Part shown: one piece after another, positions 1 to 12,227 of the stretch
Position numbering within the stretch: position 1 is the stretch's first letter
Layout of the letters: each line of letters begins with the position of its first letter
Assembly (NCBI RefSeq): GCF_038025025.1
Contig: NW_027117353.1
Location: 372,001 to 436,000 of the forward strand
Direction: 5' to 3'
From: Phyllosticta citribraziliensis
Lineage: Eukaryota
Length of the DNA stretch: 64,000 bases
Made by a program: the position numbers and the translations under genes
The notes under the pieces: model-generated
What the model was told of the DNA's origin: nothing
Databases searched by the model: none
The model's input: the letters and a program-made list of their open reading frames with translations, nothing else

Positions 1-2
1 TC

Positions 3-1112
3 CGCCACCTCTTCACCGTCAAGGCCTACGTCGTCCCCGTTGCGGCAATCGCCTTCTTCATTTGGTTCATCGTCAAAGCTGGCGGAATCGGACCAATCGT
101 TCACCAACCGGCATCTCTCAAAGGCAGCGCCTTGGCCTGGGAAATTGTCAAAGGCATCATGAGCTCCATTGCAAACTTTAGCACCCTCATCGTCAACGAT
201 CCGGATTTTTCGAGATTTGCAAAGTCTCCGCGCAGCGCGCTTTGGTCGCAGCTGTTCACCATTCCGATTGGATTTGGAATCACCTCATTTATTGGCATCA
301 TTGTCTCGTCTTCGGCGAAAGTTATTTACCCCGACTCCGACCCGGTGTGGAATCCTCTTGATCTTTTGACCATGGTGCTGGATCGGGAGAACACGAACGC
401 CAACCGCTTTGGCGTCTTCGTCATTGCTGCCGCGTTCTCTCTCGCCCAGCTCGGCACAAACATCGCAGCCAACTCTGTGTCAGCCGGAACTGACATGACT
501 GCTCTCCTTCCGCGCTACATCAACATCCGCCGTGGAGGCTATGTTTGCGCGCTCGTTGGCCTCTGCATGTGCCCATGGAACTTGGTCAACACCAGCAACA
601 ACTTTACCACGTACCTGTCCGCCTACTCGGTCTTCCTGTCGTCAATCGCAGGCGTCATGATTTGCGACTACTACATTGTTCGCAAGGGCTACTTCGACAT
701 CAAGCAGCTCTACTCGAGCCGAGAGGCCGGAGCCTACTTCTTCACGGCAGGCTTCCACTGGCGCGGCTACGCGGCGTACATTTGCGGAATCCTCATCAAC
801 GTCGTGGGCTTCGCCGGCGCCGTCGGTCGTAAAGTGCCGGCCGGAGCGACGTACATCTACAACCTGAATTACTTTACTGGATTCATCGTCAGCAGCGTGG
901 TCTACTGGTTGCTTTGCAAAGTCAGCCCTATACCGGCGACGAGTGACGTGTGGATGGAGGTTGGCGACGAAATTAATGACATTAGCCTTGCTGAAGGGGA
1001 TAGGGCGAGCGAACGATATGATGAGGAGGTCATGGCTGGTGGAGTCAAGGCGGAAGACGGTAAAGAGCACAAGACGTCGCTTGCCAGTAGAATTAGAAGG
1101 CGCCTGGACTAA
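3..1112 (+). CDS. NCS1-family (Fur4/Dal4-like) uracil/allantoin/nucleobase permease, 5'-truncated by the window edge
   Basis: The frame is open from base 3 (RHLFTVKAYVVPVAAIAFFIW...) into the 132..1112 ORF. It has multiple transmembrane segments and NCS1 motifs 'NDPDFSRF', 'NIAANSVSAGTDMTALLPRYINIRRG' and 'CPWNL'. Confidence 0.92.
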   Translation, partial: RHLFTVKAYVVPVAAIAFFIWFIVKAGGIGPIVHQPASLKGSALAWEIVKGIMSSIANFSTLIVNDPDFSRFAKSPRSALWSQLFTIPIGFGITSFIGIIVSSSAKVIYPDSDPVWNPLDLLTMVLDRENTNANRFGVFVIAAAFSLAQLGTNIAANSVSAGTDMTALLPRYINIRRGGYVCALVGLCMCPWNLVNTSNNFTTYLSAYSVFLSSIAGVMICDYYIVRKGYFDIKQLYSSREAGAYFFTAGFHWRGYAAYICGILINVVGFAGAVGRKVPAGATYIYNLNYFTGFIVSSVVYWLLCKVSPIPATSDVWMEVGDEINDISLAEGDRASERYDEEVMAGGVKAEDGKEHKTSLASRIRRRLD

Positions 1113-1370
1113 AAGGGTATGTGGGTTTGGAGGTCATTCGATATCACGACGGAGCTTCGACGGGAAACCGTTGTTACGAGAGCAAAAAAATTTCTTTTAT
1201 CTTTCTAGAGGAGCACTTTCGCGACGGTCGAAGAATGAGACATTCCATCGAGCCGCAGGGACGAGGCACGTGAGAACGAGTGGAGCTCCGATCCAACTTC
1301 CCAAACGGGAAAGTTGCTTGCTGTCCTCTTCGGAGCCGCCTGACTAATCGAACGGTGGCGGCGGACGCGC

Positions 1371-1400
1371 TGACAACCTGGCACCTGGCACCTGGCCACC
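1371..1400 (-). promoter_or_regulatory. Candidate UPR element (HacA/Hac1-type) upstream of the PDI gene
   Basis: TGACAACCTGGCA (reverse complement TGCCAGGTTGTCA) resembles the CAN(G/A)NTGT UPRE core. It is followed by repeated CACCTGG units and lies about 120 nt upstream of the tigA ATG. Confidence 0.3.
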
Positions 1401-1498
1401 TCTCCACTGCCCCCAAGCTCTGAGCTCCAAGCTCAAAAACACCACCTCTTCACGCCCGCTACCAACCAATTCCACCCACGACCGTCAACACACACACG

Positions 1499-2638
1499 AT
1501 GGTCCGTCTCTCATTCCTCAGCGGCCTCGCCCTCCTCGGCGCGTCTGCCAGCGCCGCCGTCCTCGACCTCGTCCCGGACAACTTTGACGACATTGTCCTC
1601 AAGTCGGGCAAGCCGGCGCTCGTCGAATTCTTCGCGCCGTGGTGCGGACACTGCAAGAACCTGGCGCCCGTGTACGAGGAGCTCGGCGGCGTGTTCGAGT
1701 ACGCAAAGGACAAGGTCAGCGTGGCCAAGGTCGACGCCGACGCGCACCGCTCGCTGGGCCAGAAGTTCGGCGTGCAGGGCTTCCCCACGCTCAAGTGGTT
1801 CGACGGCAAGAGCGACACACCCGAGGACTACAAGGGGGGACGTGACTTGGAGAGCTTGAGCGCCTTCATTCAGGAGAAGACGGGCGTCAAGCCCAAGGTC
1901 AAGGGCAAGGCGCCGTCGGAGGTGGTCGAGTTGGACGACACGAGCTTCAAGGAGCAGGTTGGTGGCGAGCAGCACGTCATTGTTGCTTTCACAGCGCCGT
2001 GGTGTGGACGTACGTACCTTCACAATTCCATCATTTGTCGAGATCAAGTTGGCTGACCTTAGACAGACTGCAAGAACCTTGCGCCCACCTGGGAGACTGT
2101 GGCTCAAGACTTCAAGACGGAGCCTTCGGTCATCATCGCTAAGGTCGACGTCGAGTCCCCCAAATCCAAGAGCCTGCCTGAGGAGTTTGGTGTCAAGTCT
2201 TACCCCACCATCAAGTTCTTCCCCAAGGGCAGCTCCATTGCTATTGAGTATGTTGGCGGCCGCTCCGAGGAGAACCTCGTCGACTACCTGAACGAGAAGG
2301 CCGGCACCCAGCGCGCGCCTGGCGGCGGCCTCACCGCTCTCGGCGGCACCATCGAGGCCTTCAACACCGTCATCGACAAGGCCAGGGACAACTGGTCCGA
2401 GGGCATCGAGGCGGCCAAGAAGGTCGCCGGCGAGGCCGAGGGCAAGTACAAGGAATACTACGTCAAGGTGTTTGAGAAGCTGTCGGCCAACCAGGGCTAC
2501 GTGGACAAGGAGCTTGCTCGTCTGGAGGGCCTGCTCAAGAAGGGCTCGCTGGCTCCTGAGAAGGTCGACGACTTGACCAGCAGGACCAACATCCTCCGCC
2601 TGTTCAAGAAGCAAGATGATGAGAAGAGCGAGTTGTAG
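1499..2638 (+). CDS. tigA: Protein disulfide isomerase TigA/ERp38 (two thioredoxin domains plus an ERp29-like C-terminal domain)
   Basis: Signal peptide and two WCGHCK active sites. The second site is split by the intron 2010..2066 (GTACGT...CTGAC...CAG). The protein ends in KSEL, an ER-retention-like signal. Confidence 0.93.
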
Positions 2639-3493
2639 ATGGCACTTGACTGGCATTTATTGTTGATTGGATTGGGTCGTTGGGGCGAGCATAGGTTTTC
2701 TTGAATCACAAAAAGCGCAATTCTTGGACTGGATGTGGCATGATGGCTCTGGTGAACCTTTGATGTGGTATACCATTCGCTTTGGACACAATGCTTTGAA
2801 ACGCTCTGGAGGATAAGCATTCTACGGAATCGATCTAGTCCCTGTTGCGTTGCTCCTATCCCTTTCGACTTCTTGCCGCAATGACGCGCTGTGGTTTCTT
2901 CGGCTGCTGCTTGGCCGTCGACTTAGTCTGCCCTATCGTTGATGTCTGAGAGCTGGCTGTTAAAGTTGATTTGACTGGTTGTTTGGCTGGCACTTTGGCA
3001 AGTTTTGTAGGGCGTAATTTTGGAGGTGCAATGAGGTAGGTGAAGGCAGATTGGGGTAGCAGATGGATTGACGGAGTCACTACTCAGATAAGTCACAATT
3101 ATTCCCCGCGAAAACACACAGCAAACAGCAACCATTCATTGCTTCCCCCAGAACCCGCCCCCTGCCCCTCCCCTCCGTCCGCAGTCCAGTCCAGTCCATC
3201 GTAGTTCATCGCAACCAGCCAAGCACCAACGCCCGCGGCCCCCCCCCCCCCCCCCAGTCCCTGCGCCACGCGCGCAAGGTCCGCCCCCGCAACCACGTCG
3301 TCTTGTTTCGGGCCCTTGGCACTGGCTGCTTGCTCTGTAAGCCGTCAGTCACAGCCTCTTTTCTGCTGCTGCTGCTGCGGCGGCGGCGGCGGAGGCCGTG
3401 GCTGCTGGTCCTCGTTTCTCTTTCTCATCCAAACGAAGGCGCTTTGGCCCCCATGTGCGCTTGTGCTTGCTTCATGTTTGAATCCAATCGGAC

Positions 3494-3549
3494 GCCAGAA
3501 GCCGGAAGCCAGAAGCCGGAAGCCAGAAGCTAGAAGCCAGAAGCCAGAA
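3494..3549. repeat. Heptamer tandem repeat (GCCRGAA) x8
   Basis: GCCAGAA, GCCGGAA and GCTAGAA units are directly visible. A C17 homopolymer lies nearby at 3239-3255. Confidence 0.9.
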
Positions 3550-4483
3550 GTGTTGAAACAAGTGTCGCAGCGGCGGAGGCGGCGGTGTGGCTGCTGCTGC
3601 TGCGGTTGCTGTTGGCGGTGGGTTGGCGGACCGCATGCACGCACATGCTTCTGACGACTGATCAGATGCCGTTTTCGGATCTTGGAGTTCTGCTTGTCTT
3701 GACGTCTTCTTGTTTTAGATGTGCGCGTGTCCGACGCATGTGGTGGTGACTTGTGTGCGTGCTGGCTTGTTGGCTTGACTGCTTGCTGCCGGCCTGCCTG
3801 CCTGCCTGCTGCGATGGACAGATGCCACTGTTCGGATGTTCGGATAGTTCGTGCAAGAGGTTGGGTTGGCGAGCGACTATCAAGGTCGCCGGGGTCTGCG
3901 AGGTCGGTGGCTGGGCAGAGTAGATGGAGACGTGGCGGCTGTCTGTCTACCTCGTCTAGGGGAGGGAATAGCAGCGTGCGATGTGGGCAGTTAGGTGAGA
4001 AATATCGGAATGTTGTAGTCGAGGCTCGCATTGGAAAACAGCTTTGGAAGAACCTTTTCGCATTTTGAATAGAACAAGCTACATATCAAGCGCCGTGAAA
4101 AGCTAAACCTCGGAGAAAGAAAATTGAAGAAGAGAAACAGGCCGTGAATTATGTTCCTTTCGTCGCGGCGTCCATCGATCAATCGATCCATCCATCAGTC
4201 ATCGTGTCCAAATATGAGATCGAAGTTGAAAGGGAAAGGGAAAAAGACAACACCATTCCCACAGGAGAACATTGGGGGGACGTTGGTAAACTGGAAAATT
4301 CGCAAACACGAGAGCCGACAGGAAAAAAAAAAAAAAAAGAAAAGAAAACCGCAGAGGGGCAAGATCGAGACGGACAAGAAAACAAATGGTATAATGCGAC
4401 GTCCCAGCGACAACGCCCAGGAAACACACGCAGGAGCAATCTCGGAATCAGGGGTGGGGGGCAAAGGGTGGAAAAGGGAAGTA

Positions 4484-6784
4484 TCACTCCTTGAACGCAA
4501 ACATAGTCCCACATTCAAACTCCGTCCCAAACTCCCAACACTCTCTGACAATTTCCAGTTCGTCCCACCACCAGGTGCCCTCACTGACGAACGAGCCCCA
4601 GGAATCCTTCCAAAGGCCGCGCGCGACCAGTGCGGCGAGCTCACCTTTGAGCCTCGCAGCCGCGTCCTCTGTTTCCTCGTCCGCGGGCGACTCTTCCACG
4701 ACCGGCTCCAACCCGGGCGACCTGTCCGACAGCTTGGGACCGCCGCCGCCGATGATGCCGAAGCGCTTGCTGTGGCTCTCAGCGCCGCCGCCGCTGCCCT
4801 CGCCCGGCCGGCCGCCTCGCATGTCTTCCTGGCGCACCTTGCGCCGCAGCGAGACGGGGCTGGTCTCCTTGCTCTTGCTGCCGCTGCTCGACTTGCCCGA
4901 CCCGGACTCGGCCTTGTCCAGCTTCGATGACGGCGACCACGACCCTTCGATCATCTGCGACATGGCCGTCGCCGGCAGGTGTAGTTTGTGCGCCACCATG
5001 TCTTCGTTGCCCTCGAGAATGTTGAACCCGGCGTCTGCTACCCACTCCGGTATCACAGTGAGCGGCTTGTGGCAGCGTGTGCCGCGCTCGAGTCCCGGAA
5101 GCAGCCGGTCCTCGAGCCAGTCGCGGAAGAGGGGACCGAGCGTTTTGTTGACGGGCGTGGGTTCGACGAGGCGCAGCTCGAGAATGCCGCCGGGCGCGAG
5201 GATGCGGAAAAGGTCGCGGAGGAGCGCTTTCATTTGCGACGAGGGGAGCTGAGCGGGGAGCGTGGCGGCGCGGATGTGGTTGAAGGAGGCAGCGACGTAG
5301 GGAAGGGGGAGGAGGCCGGCGTAGGGAACGGTGAGGGGCTGCACGTTGGAAGGAAGAGGTATGGAGGTGAGAGGCGCTTTGGTGGTGAGGAAGGAGATTT
5401 GCGACTTGGGATATACGGCGGACAGCTGATAAACCTCGGCTGCAAACATGTCAGTATGATCATGTAGTAAGAAAATAGGTAGAATGCGGACCTAGGTTGC
5501 TGTACAACTCGAGAGCGCGCTTGGGTTGTCGGAAGAGAGTAGGAAGGCCCATCAAAGGACCAACGCCTTGGTTCGGGACCAACGAGTTCTCCATATTCTG
5601 CAGCTGGAGTGCCGTCAGAGCCCACAAGTGTCGCTCAACCTCAATTTCACCCTCTCTTTCCGGATGGTCAAAGTCTTCGGGAGCTACATCACTGTTCAAG
5701 TGGCTCAGGATTATCTCAGGCCCGGCCTTCTCCATGCGGCGAATGAAGCGCTGAAAGTCGGACAGCGTTTTGGCGTCGGGCTCGCAGACAAACATGTCGT
5801 CAAACGTGGGCGTAGCATCGGAGGACACTCGGCTTCCGTGAGACTTGTTGGAGGCAATGTCCCAATCCGAAGGCGCTTGCCAATTGCACGCAGGGGTGGC
5901 CTTCTCAGCGGCACCCTGATCAACAAACGAGTCGATTTCGTTATCGGCGTAGATGTGGGAGGAAACTGAAGCTGACAGAGATATGGAACTCGTGGACCTG
6001 GAAATGTTAACCATCACCGACTTGATGGATTTACCTATGCGACTGGGTCGTAAAACGCGAGGTCTAAGGCAAAAAATATCATCCCGCGAGAACGCATTAG
6101 ACGCATGTGTCATTTCACTCACCGGCCGTGTAGCGACGGAGATGTCTGCTCCTCATCAGTACTCGCGCCATTGGAAGGACACCAGACCTGTGGATGAGAT
6201 TGTGAGAAAAATAGTAGAAAGATATGCGGAAAGATGCGTACTTCTTGAGTCGTTGTGCGCGTCACATATGAATTCTCGCTCAGTGACTGTACTTCATGCA
6301 CCTGAACCTTGCCAACGACTTTCTTGTCCTTGTGTGATTCTTCGTCCGGCTCGTGGCCATTGGCTTTGACTGTCGACACTGCTTATCTCAACATGACCAT
6401 CCACATTGATTGTGACCAGACGGACGTACCGGATGAAGTCGTAAAGCACGACTTGGGTATGCTCTCGCTCGAATTCGCGGGGATCGCGCCAGGAGGCGCA
6501 AGTGAAGTCTTGCCTGACAGCTTATATCCAGACTTTGCATGCCCTGCCTCCAGTCGATTCGACGATTTGGACAACTTCGGGGATCTTCGCGGCTGGACCG
6601 ACTTGACGGACTTTTTGCGAGTTGGAAGGGACCAGGAGGAGGCGCTACTGTCGATTTGAAGACTCGGGGCAGAGGTGTTCTTTTCGCGGTCCCTCAGTTT
6701 CCTCTCTCGCGCCTGGCCCACCGTCTCGGCGGTTTCATGCGTCCACGAAAGGTCTGCGGAAAACATTGAGGTAGCAGTTACCAT
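4484..6784 (-). CDS. Multi-exon fungal protein with a C-terminal class I SAM-methyltransferase-like fold
   Basis: Joins ORFs 6383..6784, 6119..6379, 5460..6122 and 4484..5449, with GTACGT/GTACGC/GTGAGT donors visible. The C-terminal segment 'LPYVAASFNHI...LRDLFRILAPGGILEL' resembles methyltransferase motifs II/III. Internal exon boundaries are approximate. Confidence 0.65.
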
Positions 6785-7868
6785 GTGGATGGGTCAGACC
6801 TCGCGGATGGAGGAGAATCTCCCGACGAACGAGAAACAATCCGGCGTAGTTCGAGAGTGGGTGTGGTCTAGCAGATTGACGTGCAGCTCTAAGACAGAAC
6901 GGAGCGGGACAAGTCCAACGCGGCAGGCCAGGCGAGTCAAGGCACCGAAGCCTGAGAGAAGATTCGCGGGCGCCCGCACATGACGGCTAGCAACTAAGCT
7001 TCGAAGCTAGAGACACTGACACAGGGCGGCCGAGATTGTGTGCGCGTGGCACAGAGTGCACAGGCACGAAGCGGGGATGGAGAGCATGGGAAAGTTTAAA
7101 GAAACCTGGGGGTCGCTTGAGGTGCCATGGGGTTTGCTGCCGTGGGAGCCTGACAAGGCTAGGACTGTCCCATGAGTGCGGCCTGCAAACTCTCCGCGGC
7201 CGTTTCACACGCCCGCTCTCATCCGCTTCCCAGAGCGATACCACTGTGCCATTTGGACGTTCCGCGCCGCATTGGTATCGTTGAGTTCGCGCTGCTGCCA
7301 GGTACGCGCATAAATTTTCGGGGTCGTGATTGCGATACTTGCTAACTTGACGCCAAGTGAGGCTTTCGTACTGCGCCGGGCGTTGCCAACAAGCCAACAA
7401 TGATCGAGATGCTTCAAGCAGCCGACCGGCCGCAAGAGTTAAACCTCCTCCGCGCTGTAGCTGAGGTTGCGATAACCGCCAAAGCCACTGTCGTGCTTGG
7501 GGGCGTCTCAGGCGCAGTCCCTGCAAGAAAACCCAACCCCTCAGGGTTAAACCACGTCGGGCCGGCTAGATAGGTGGTTTGCTCTGATCTCGCGCCTCTC
7601 TTGTCGGCCCCTGATATGTGCAAGGATAGCTTCCCGTCGCTGCCGGCCCCTCATGGTCTTCGAATTGTCGATTCCCTTGCGCTCAGGTAGATCGGTCTAA
7701 CTGTTACTTCCCGCTCCTGGTAGCCCAGCCCTCTCTGCTAGCGCGAGGTATTGGGGCACGAAATAGGAGGTGTTTAGTCCAGCTATTAGTCACCCGTGGC
7801 TTTCTTGTCATGCGTTGTACGTCGACCTCTGCGACTCTGCACATGCAACCTTTGGAAGCCTCAATGTC

Positions 7869-10001
7869 ATGGAGTCAATCAGGCGACAATGCGCGAAGCT
7901 GGACAAGAGTATAGCGGAGTCGGGCTTTGGTCGCTTCTTCCGTTTGGATGGATCCGGCCACGTAAGTTGAACCTGCAATGGGAACATTCGGCCCATATTT
8001 GCTAACCGATGGTGTAGAGCAAAGAAGTCAAGAACACGCGGTTCTTGTCAGAGATTCGGGCCGGTTTGACCACCTTCTTCACCATGTCCTATGTCATATC
8101 CGTCAACGCGGCCATCCTGACCGACTCCGGTGGAGCTTGCAAGTGTAACGACCCAAGGGATAGGACATGCGCAAACAATAAGGAGTACCAGGATTGTCTT
8201 CTCATCCTCAACCGCGATCTGATTACTGCAACGACTGCGGTATCTGCCTTTGGATCTTTCTTCTTTGGTTTGATCACCAACCTCCCTGTCGCATTAGCCC
8301 CTGGAATGGGTCTGAATGCCTATTTCGCGTATCAAGTGGTTGGGTACCATGGCACCGGTTCCGTCTCGTACGGTCTGGCGCTCACGGCGGTTTTTACGGA
8401 AGGCTTCATTTTCGTCCTGCTGTCTCTCCTCGGAATGCGTCAGTGGCTCGTCCGGTTGCTCCCAACTTCGTTAAAGGTCGCCGCTGCTTGTGGTATCGGG
8501 CTCTTCCTGGCTGAGATTGGTTTGTCGTATAATGCGGGGATTGGAGCAATAACGGGCGCGACGTCGACGCCGCTAGACTTGGGCGGTTGTCCTCAGCAGT
8601 ACCGCAACGCACTTGGCGAATGTAAGAGCCACAAGATGCAAAACCCATCGGTAAGACCACTTTGAGTTCACGAGTCAAGTGTCGAGTTCTGACCAGGTCT
8701 AGCTTTGGATTGCCATCTTCTGTGGTGGTGTCTTGACTGCTGTTCTTATGGCGTACAAGATCAAATCAGCCATGATTATTGGCATACTTGTGGTGTCCGC
8801 GATTTCTTGGCCGTAAGTGTAAATGTTGCTGCGATTGTCGTCTCTTCAAGCAGTTGTCTAACCCCTTGGCAACGCCAGGCGATCGACGTCATTCACATAC
8901 TTTCCCCACACACCGGACGGCAACGTCAGGTTCGATTTCTTCAAACAGGTAGTCACCTTCCATCCCCTGAGAACCACGCTCAATGCGCTCGAGTGGGATG
9001 TCAGTGCCTCACCTGGACACTTCGTACTGGCACTGTTTACCTTTCTATATGTCGACATTATAGACTGCACCGCAACGTTGTACAGTATGGCCCGCTTTTC
9101 CGGTGTTGTGGATGCTTCGACAGGGGATTTCCCGCGCTCCACACTCGCATACTGTACCGACGCCGTGAGCATCGCTTTCGGGTCCCTCCTTGGCGTATCC
9201 CCAGTAACTGCGTATATCGAATCCGGTGCTGGTATCGCCGAAGGGGGTCGAACTGGCATTACCGCGATTACGGCAGGGCTCTGCTTCTTCATCACCCTGT
9301 TTTTCGCACCGGTATTTGCGTCGATACCTCCATGGGCCACGGGTTCCACGGTCATTTTGGTTGGAGCCATGATGGTACGCCAAGTTACCGCCGTCAACTG
9401 GAACTATATCGGAGATGCCGTACCCGCTTTCGTAACCATCATCTTCATCCCCATGTCATACTCGACCGCATACGGAGTTATTGCGGGCATGTTGGTTTAT
9501 GTCGCCATCAACGGGCCGCTGTACCTAATTCGGCTCATTACCTGCGGGCACGTTAGGCCCGTTGACGAAGAGCGCCGGGAGTACTGGAGTTTCGGCAAGT
9601 ACAACGCGGGCGACAAGCCGCTTTGGTTCGTCTCGTTGGGACGCAACATTGCAGATCGCGTGGGAGGAGGCAAGACGCGCCACCCGGACGTCAAAGTGCG
9701 CGAGGTCTCCAGTCGAGAAACACTGGAAGAGTTCGCGGCCAAAGGTGCTGAAATACCCTTGGGTGACGTTCGCTTCAGCGGAAGTACTCATCAGGGATCA
9801 GATCGGTCGACGCAAGACAGTTCCGCCGAATCGAGCAACGTTGCTGCAAAGCTCGCCGCCAGCTTGGGAGGAACTGGAACCAGCCACGTCAAAGTCGAAC
9901 GTCGAAGCCCCTCTCCGCCTTCAAATCCGGGAGACGGAAAGTCGGAACGCGAGGACTTTGATCTACGTCAATTCCGCGTACCACCGCGGGATTCTTCTTG
10001 A
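7869..10001 (+). CDS. azgA: AzgA-family purine (adenine/guanine/hypoxanthine) permease
   Basis: Four exons (introns 7962-8017, 8651-8702, 8813-8878). Motifs 'FFRLDGSGH', 'EIRAGLTTFFTMSY', 'NLPVALAPGMGLNAYFAY' and 'YIESGAGIAEGGRTG'. Confidence 0.9.
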
Positions 10002-10591
10002 ATGACTCCAGTACATTCGAGATGTGTACCGCGCCGCCTTTGATCAGGCGATTCAAATTCTGGCTTCTAATGCCTTGTGCATAGTCGTAATTAGGTTGGA
10101 GGTTTAGAAAGATTAGGGAAGGATGCCTCGTACGATATTTGCGGTCAACATTATGGATGCCTTGGGTTTGTACAGTTGCCGAGGCCGGAACTTGAGTTGG
10201 TTTACCATGGCGAGAAGAGCCATTTTCATGACGAAGCGACAACGAGGAGTTTACCTTGGCGTAATGTTGGAATGAATAACTACTCTACAAGATTAGCCCA
10301 CTTCAATCTGCAAACTGGCGAGTTGGCGTGGTCAAATGAAAAGTCTCCACAGTTGAAGTCCACCCCAAGCATGGAAGAAATTCGAAGCTCGCCTTATCCT
10401 TGTCGATTGGCAAGTTGGGGAGCACTTCCCAAAAGAGCTAGTTGTTTACAGCCAACAGATCAATACAACCTACCGAGCCGAATCTGCCTTCCCAGTTTAG
10501 AGAGCAACAACGCCGACAACGCCTAGAATGCTTTTTTCCCGCCTGTCCGATGCTCAAGCGCCTTCTCCGCGAATGTTGTGTGCTGTTGAAC

Positions 10592-11896
10592 TTATTTTCC
10601 AGCATGTCTCCGAGCCTTCCCTGGCCTCTTCTTGGCTGCGGCTCCCTGTCCCTTCATCTTCTTCACCGAGAATCCTCTCATGTCGGTGCTGCTCTGCGCG
10701 TCATTGCTTTTGGCAAAGCGCTTCTTGCCTCCGAAGCCGAACTTGGCATCCTTCTTTGCCCTCTTAGTATTAGCCACACCATTGGCGCGGCGGGCTGCTT
10801 TGTCTTTCTTCTCCGTCTCGGCAGCATCTTCAAGGGCGACGTCGAACATGTCGTTTTCGTTTTCGTTTTCGAGGTCCGCGCCCTGGCGCTCTGTTTCAAC
10901 CGAGTCAGCCACAATTTTGCAGATTGAGCAAAGAGACTTACTTCGCTTCAACACGTTAATCTTCTCCAGCGTCTCACGCTTGGCCTTGTCGCGCTCCTGC
11001 TGCTTCGCAACCTGAACTGCCTTGCCAAACTTCTTGAGGTCGCGTTGCTTGCGAGCCTCGGTCGACGCCTGCTTGCTCGCCGCCTCATCAACCAGCTTTT
11101 GCTTGATTTTGCCCATGTGTTCATCACTCTTGACCATCTCAGCAAAGAAGTCATTCGGGCGCGAGAAGGGCACGCCTTCTTTCTTCAAAAGGCCACGAGC
11201 CTCCTTCGCTGCCGCAAGCGCCTGTTTGTAAAAAGCCAGTTCCCGGTTCAGATCATCGTTGGTGTCCTCGACCTCTATAGGCTCAGCGCTTGTAATGGAT
11301 TGATGCTCGGAAAACGAAAGCTTGGAGGTCTTCATCTCGATTCGCTTGACAGCGGCCATAAGTGCGGTGGTATTGTTGATGGTGAGTTTTTGGTGAGGAA
11401 TTATGTCGCCCTTTTCGTCCGACGCCACGGACTCCAGGTCAGACAGAGGCACGTCCTCGTCATCTTCGTCGTCTTCGTCGTCGTCGATTTCCTCAAGCTC
11501 ATCGCCGCTAGAATCCGAGTCGCTATTTTCGAGCCTCGAGAGGTCAACCTACGAAGGCGAGTTAGATAAACAAGCTGTATAGACGTGAGGTTGCGGAGGA
11601 CCTACATTGGATGCGTCCTCCTCGTCGTCGCTTTCCTCCTCAGACTCGGATTGTTCATTCTTTTTTGCGACCTTCGCTTCCGAAGTCTTGCCTTCTTTTG
11701 CGGCGCCAGTTACCCCAACACCTCCAGCTTCGATATCCTCGCTGCTATCATCCTCATCGTCCTGCTCGGGTTGCTTCTTGGTCTTCTTCTTCTTCTCAGC
11801 TTCCTTGCGCATGCGCTTTTGCTTTTCCTGTTTGTAGTCGAAACCCTTTTCCTTCTGGAGGGCGTTGAGGAGTTTGCTACCGCTCGGCTTGACCAT
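10592..11896 (-). CDS. EBP2: rRNA-processing protein Ebp2
   Basis: Acidic/basic N-terminus starting MVKPSGSKLL. Ebp2 domain 'DDLNRELAFYKQAL...RPNDFFAEMVKSDEHM...KKFGKAVQ' and C-terminal 'KFGFGGKKRFAKSND'. Two short introns. Confidence 0.93.
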
Positions 11897-11984
11897 GGTG
11901 ATCGGATACGGAGGAGATCCGGATTGCAAAGGTTGAGGGTCTTGGTGGGGTGGGGATGATGGCAGGAGTTGGTTTTTGCGATTC

Positions 11985-11994
11985 TGAAATTTTT
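11985..11994. promoter_or_regulatory. RRPE-like element upstream of EBP2
   Basis: TGAAATTTTT lies about 90 nt upstream of the EBP2 ATG and resembles the ribosome-biogenesis RRPE motif (TGAAAAWTTTT). It sits in the divergent EBP2/HSBP1 intergenic region. Confidence 0.3.
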
Positions 11995-12227
11995 GGAGAA
12001 ACGCGATCAACAGGTCTTGGCCGACGCTCACCGCCCTCGGCGAGCTCGGTGGGGCCGTGCGCTGTCCTGGGGGACATCAGCCCCCGACTCCAGCGCTCCA
12101 TTGTTCTCACCCATCAGGGCCTCGTCCATCTCTCAGTCTACCAGATTGCTGCCCTGAAAACGATAACGATCGCGATTAAGAAATCATTCCTCGAACTCTG
12201 CCGCTTGCAAGCTCCTAAATCCTCAAC

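Noticed and set aside
1511..2656. Long antisense or alternative-frame ORFs over real genes (e.g. 1511..2656 -, 53125..54210 -, 57865..58818 +, 61824..63326 -)
   Set aside because: These are shadow ORFs produced by the strong C/G third-position bias of the sense genes. They contain no recognisable domains.
3494..3549. Tandem repeats as a possible CRISPR-like array
   Set aside because: The short units are contiguous with no unique spacers, the context is eukaryotic, and there are no cas genes.
2856..4031. Minus-strand ORFs 3345..4031 and 2856..3080 as a possible gene
   Set aside because: The translations are driven by microsatellites (poly-Q/P, heptamer repeat) and I could not build a convincing spliced model.
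1..10001. Two nucleobase transporters (NCS1 and AzgA) within 7 kb as a possible salvage cluster
   Set aside because: They are separated by unrelated genes, no catabolic or salvage enzymes are nearby, and I saw no shared UaY-type site.
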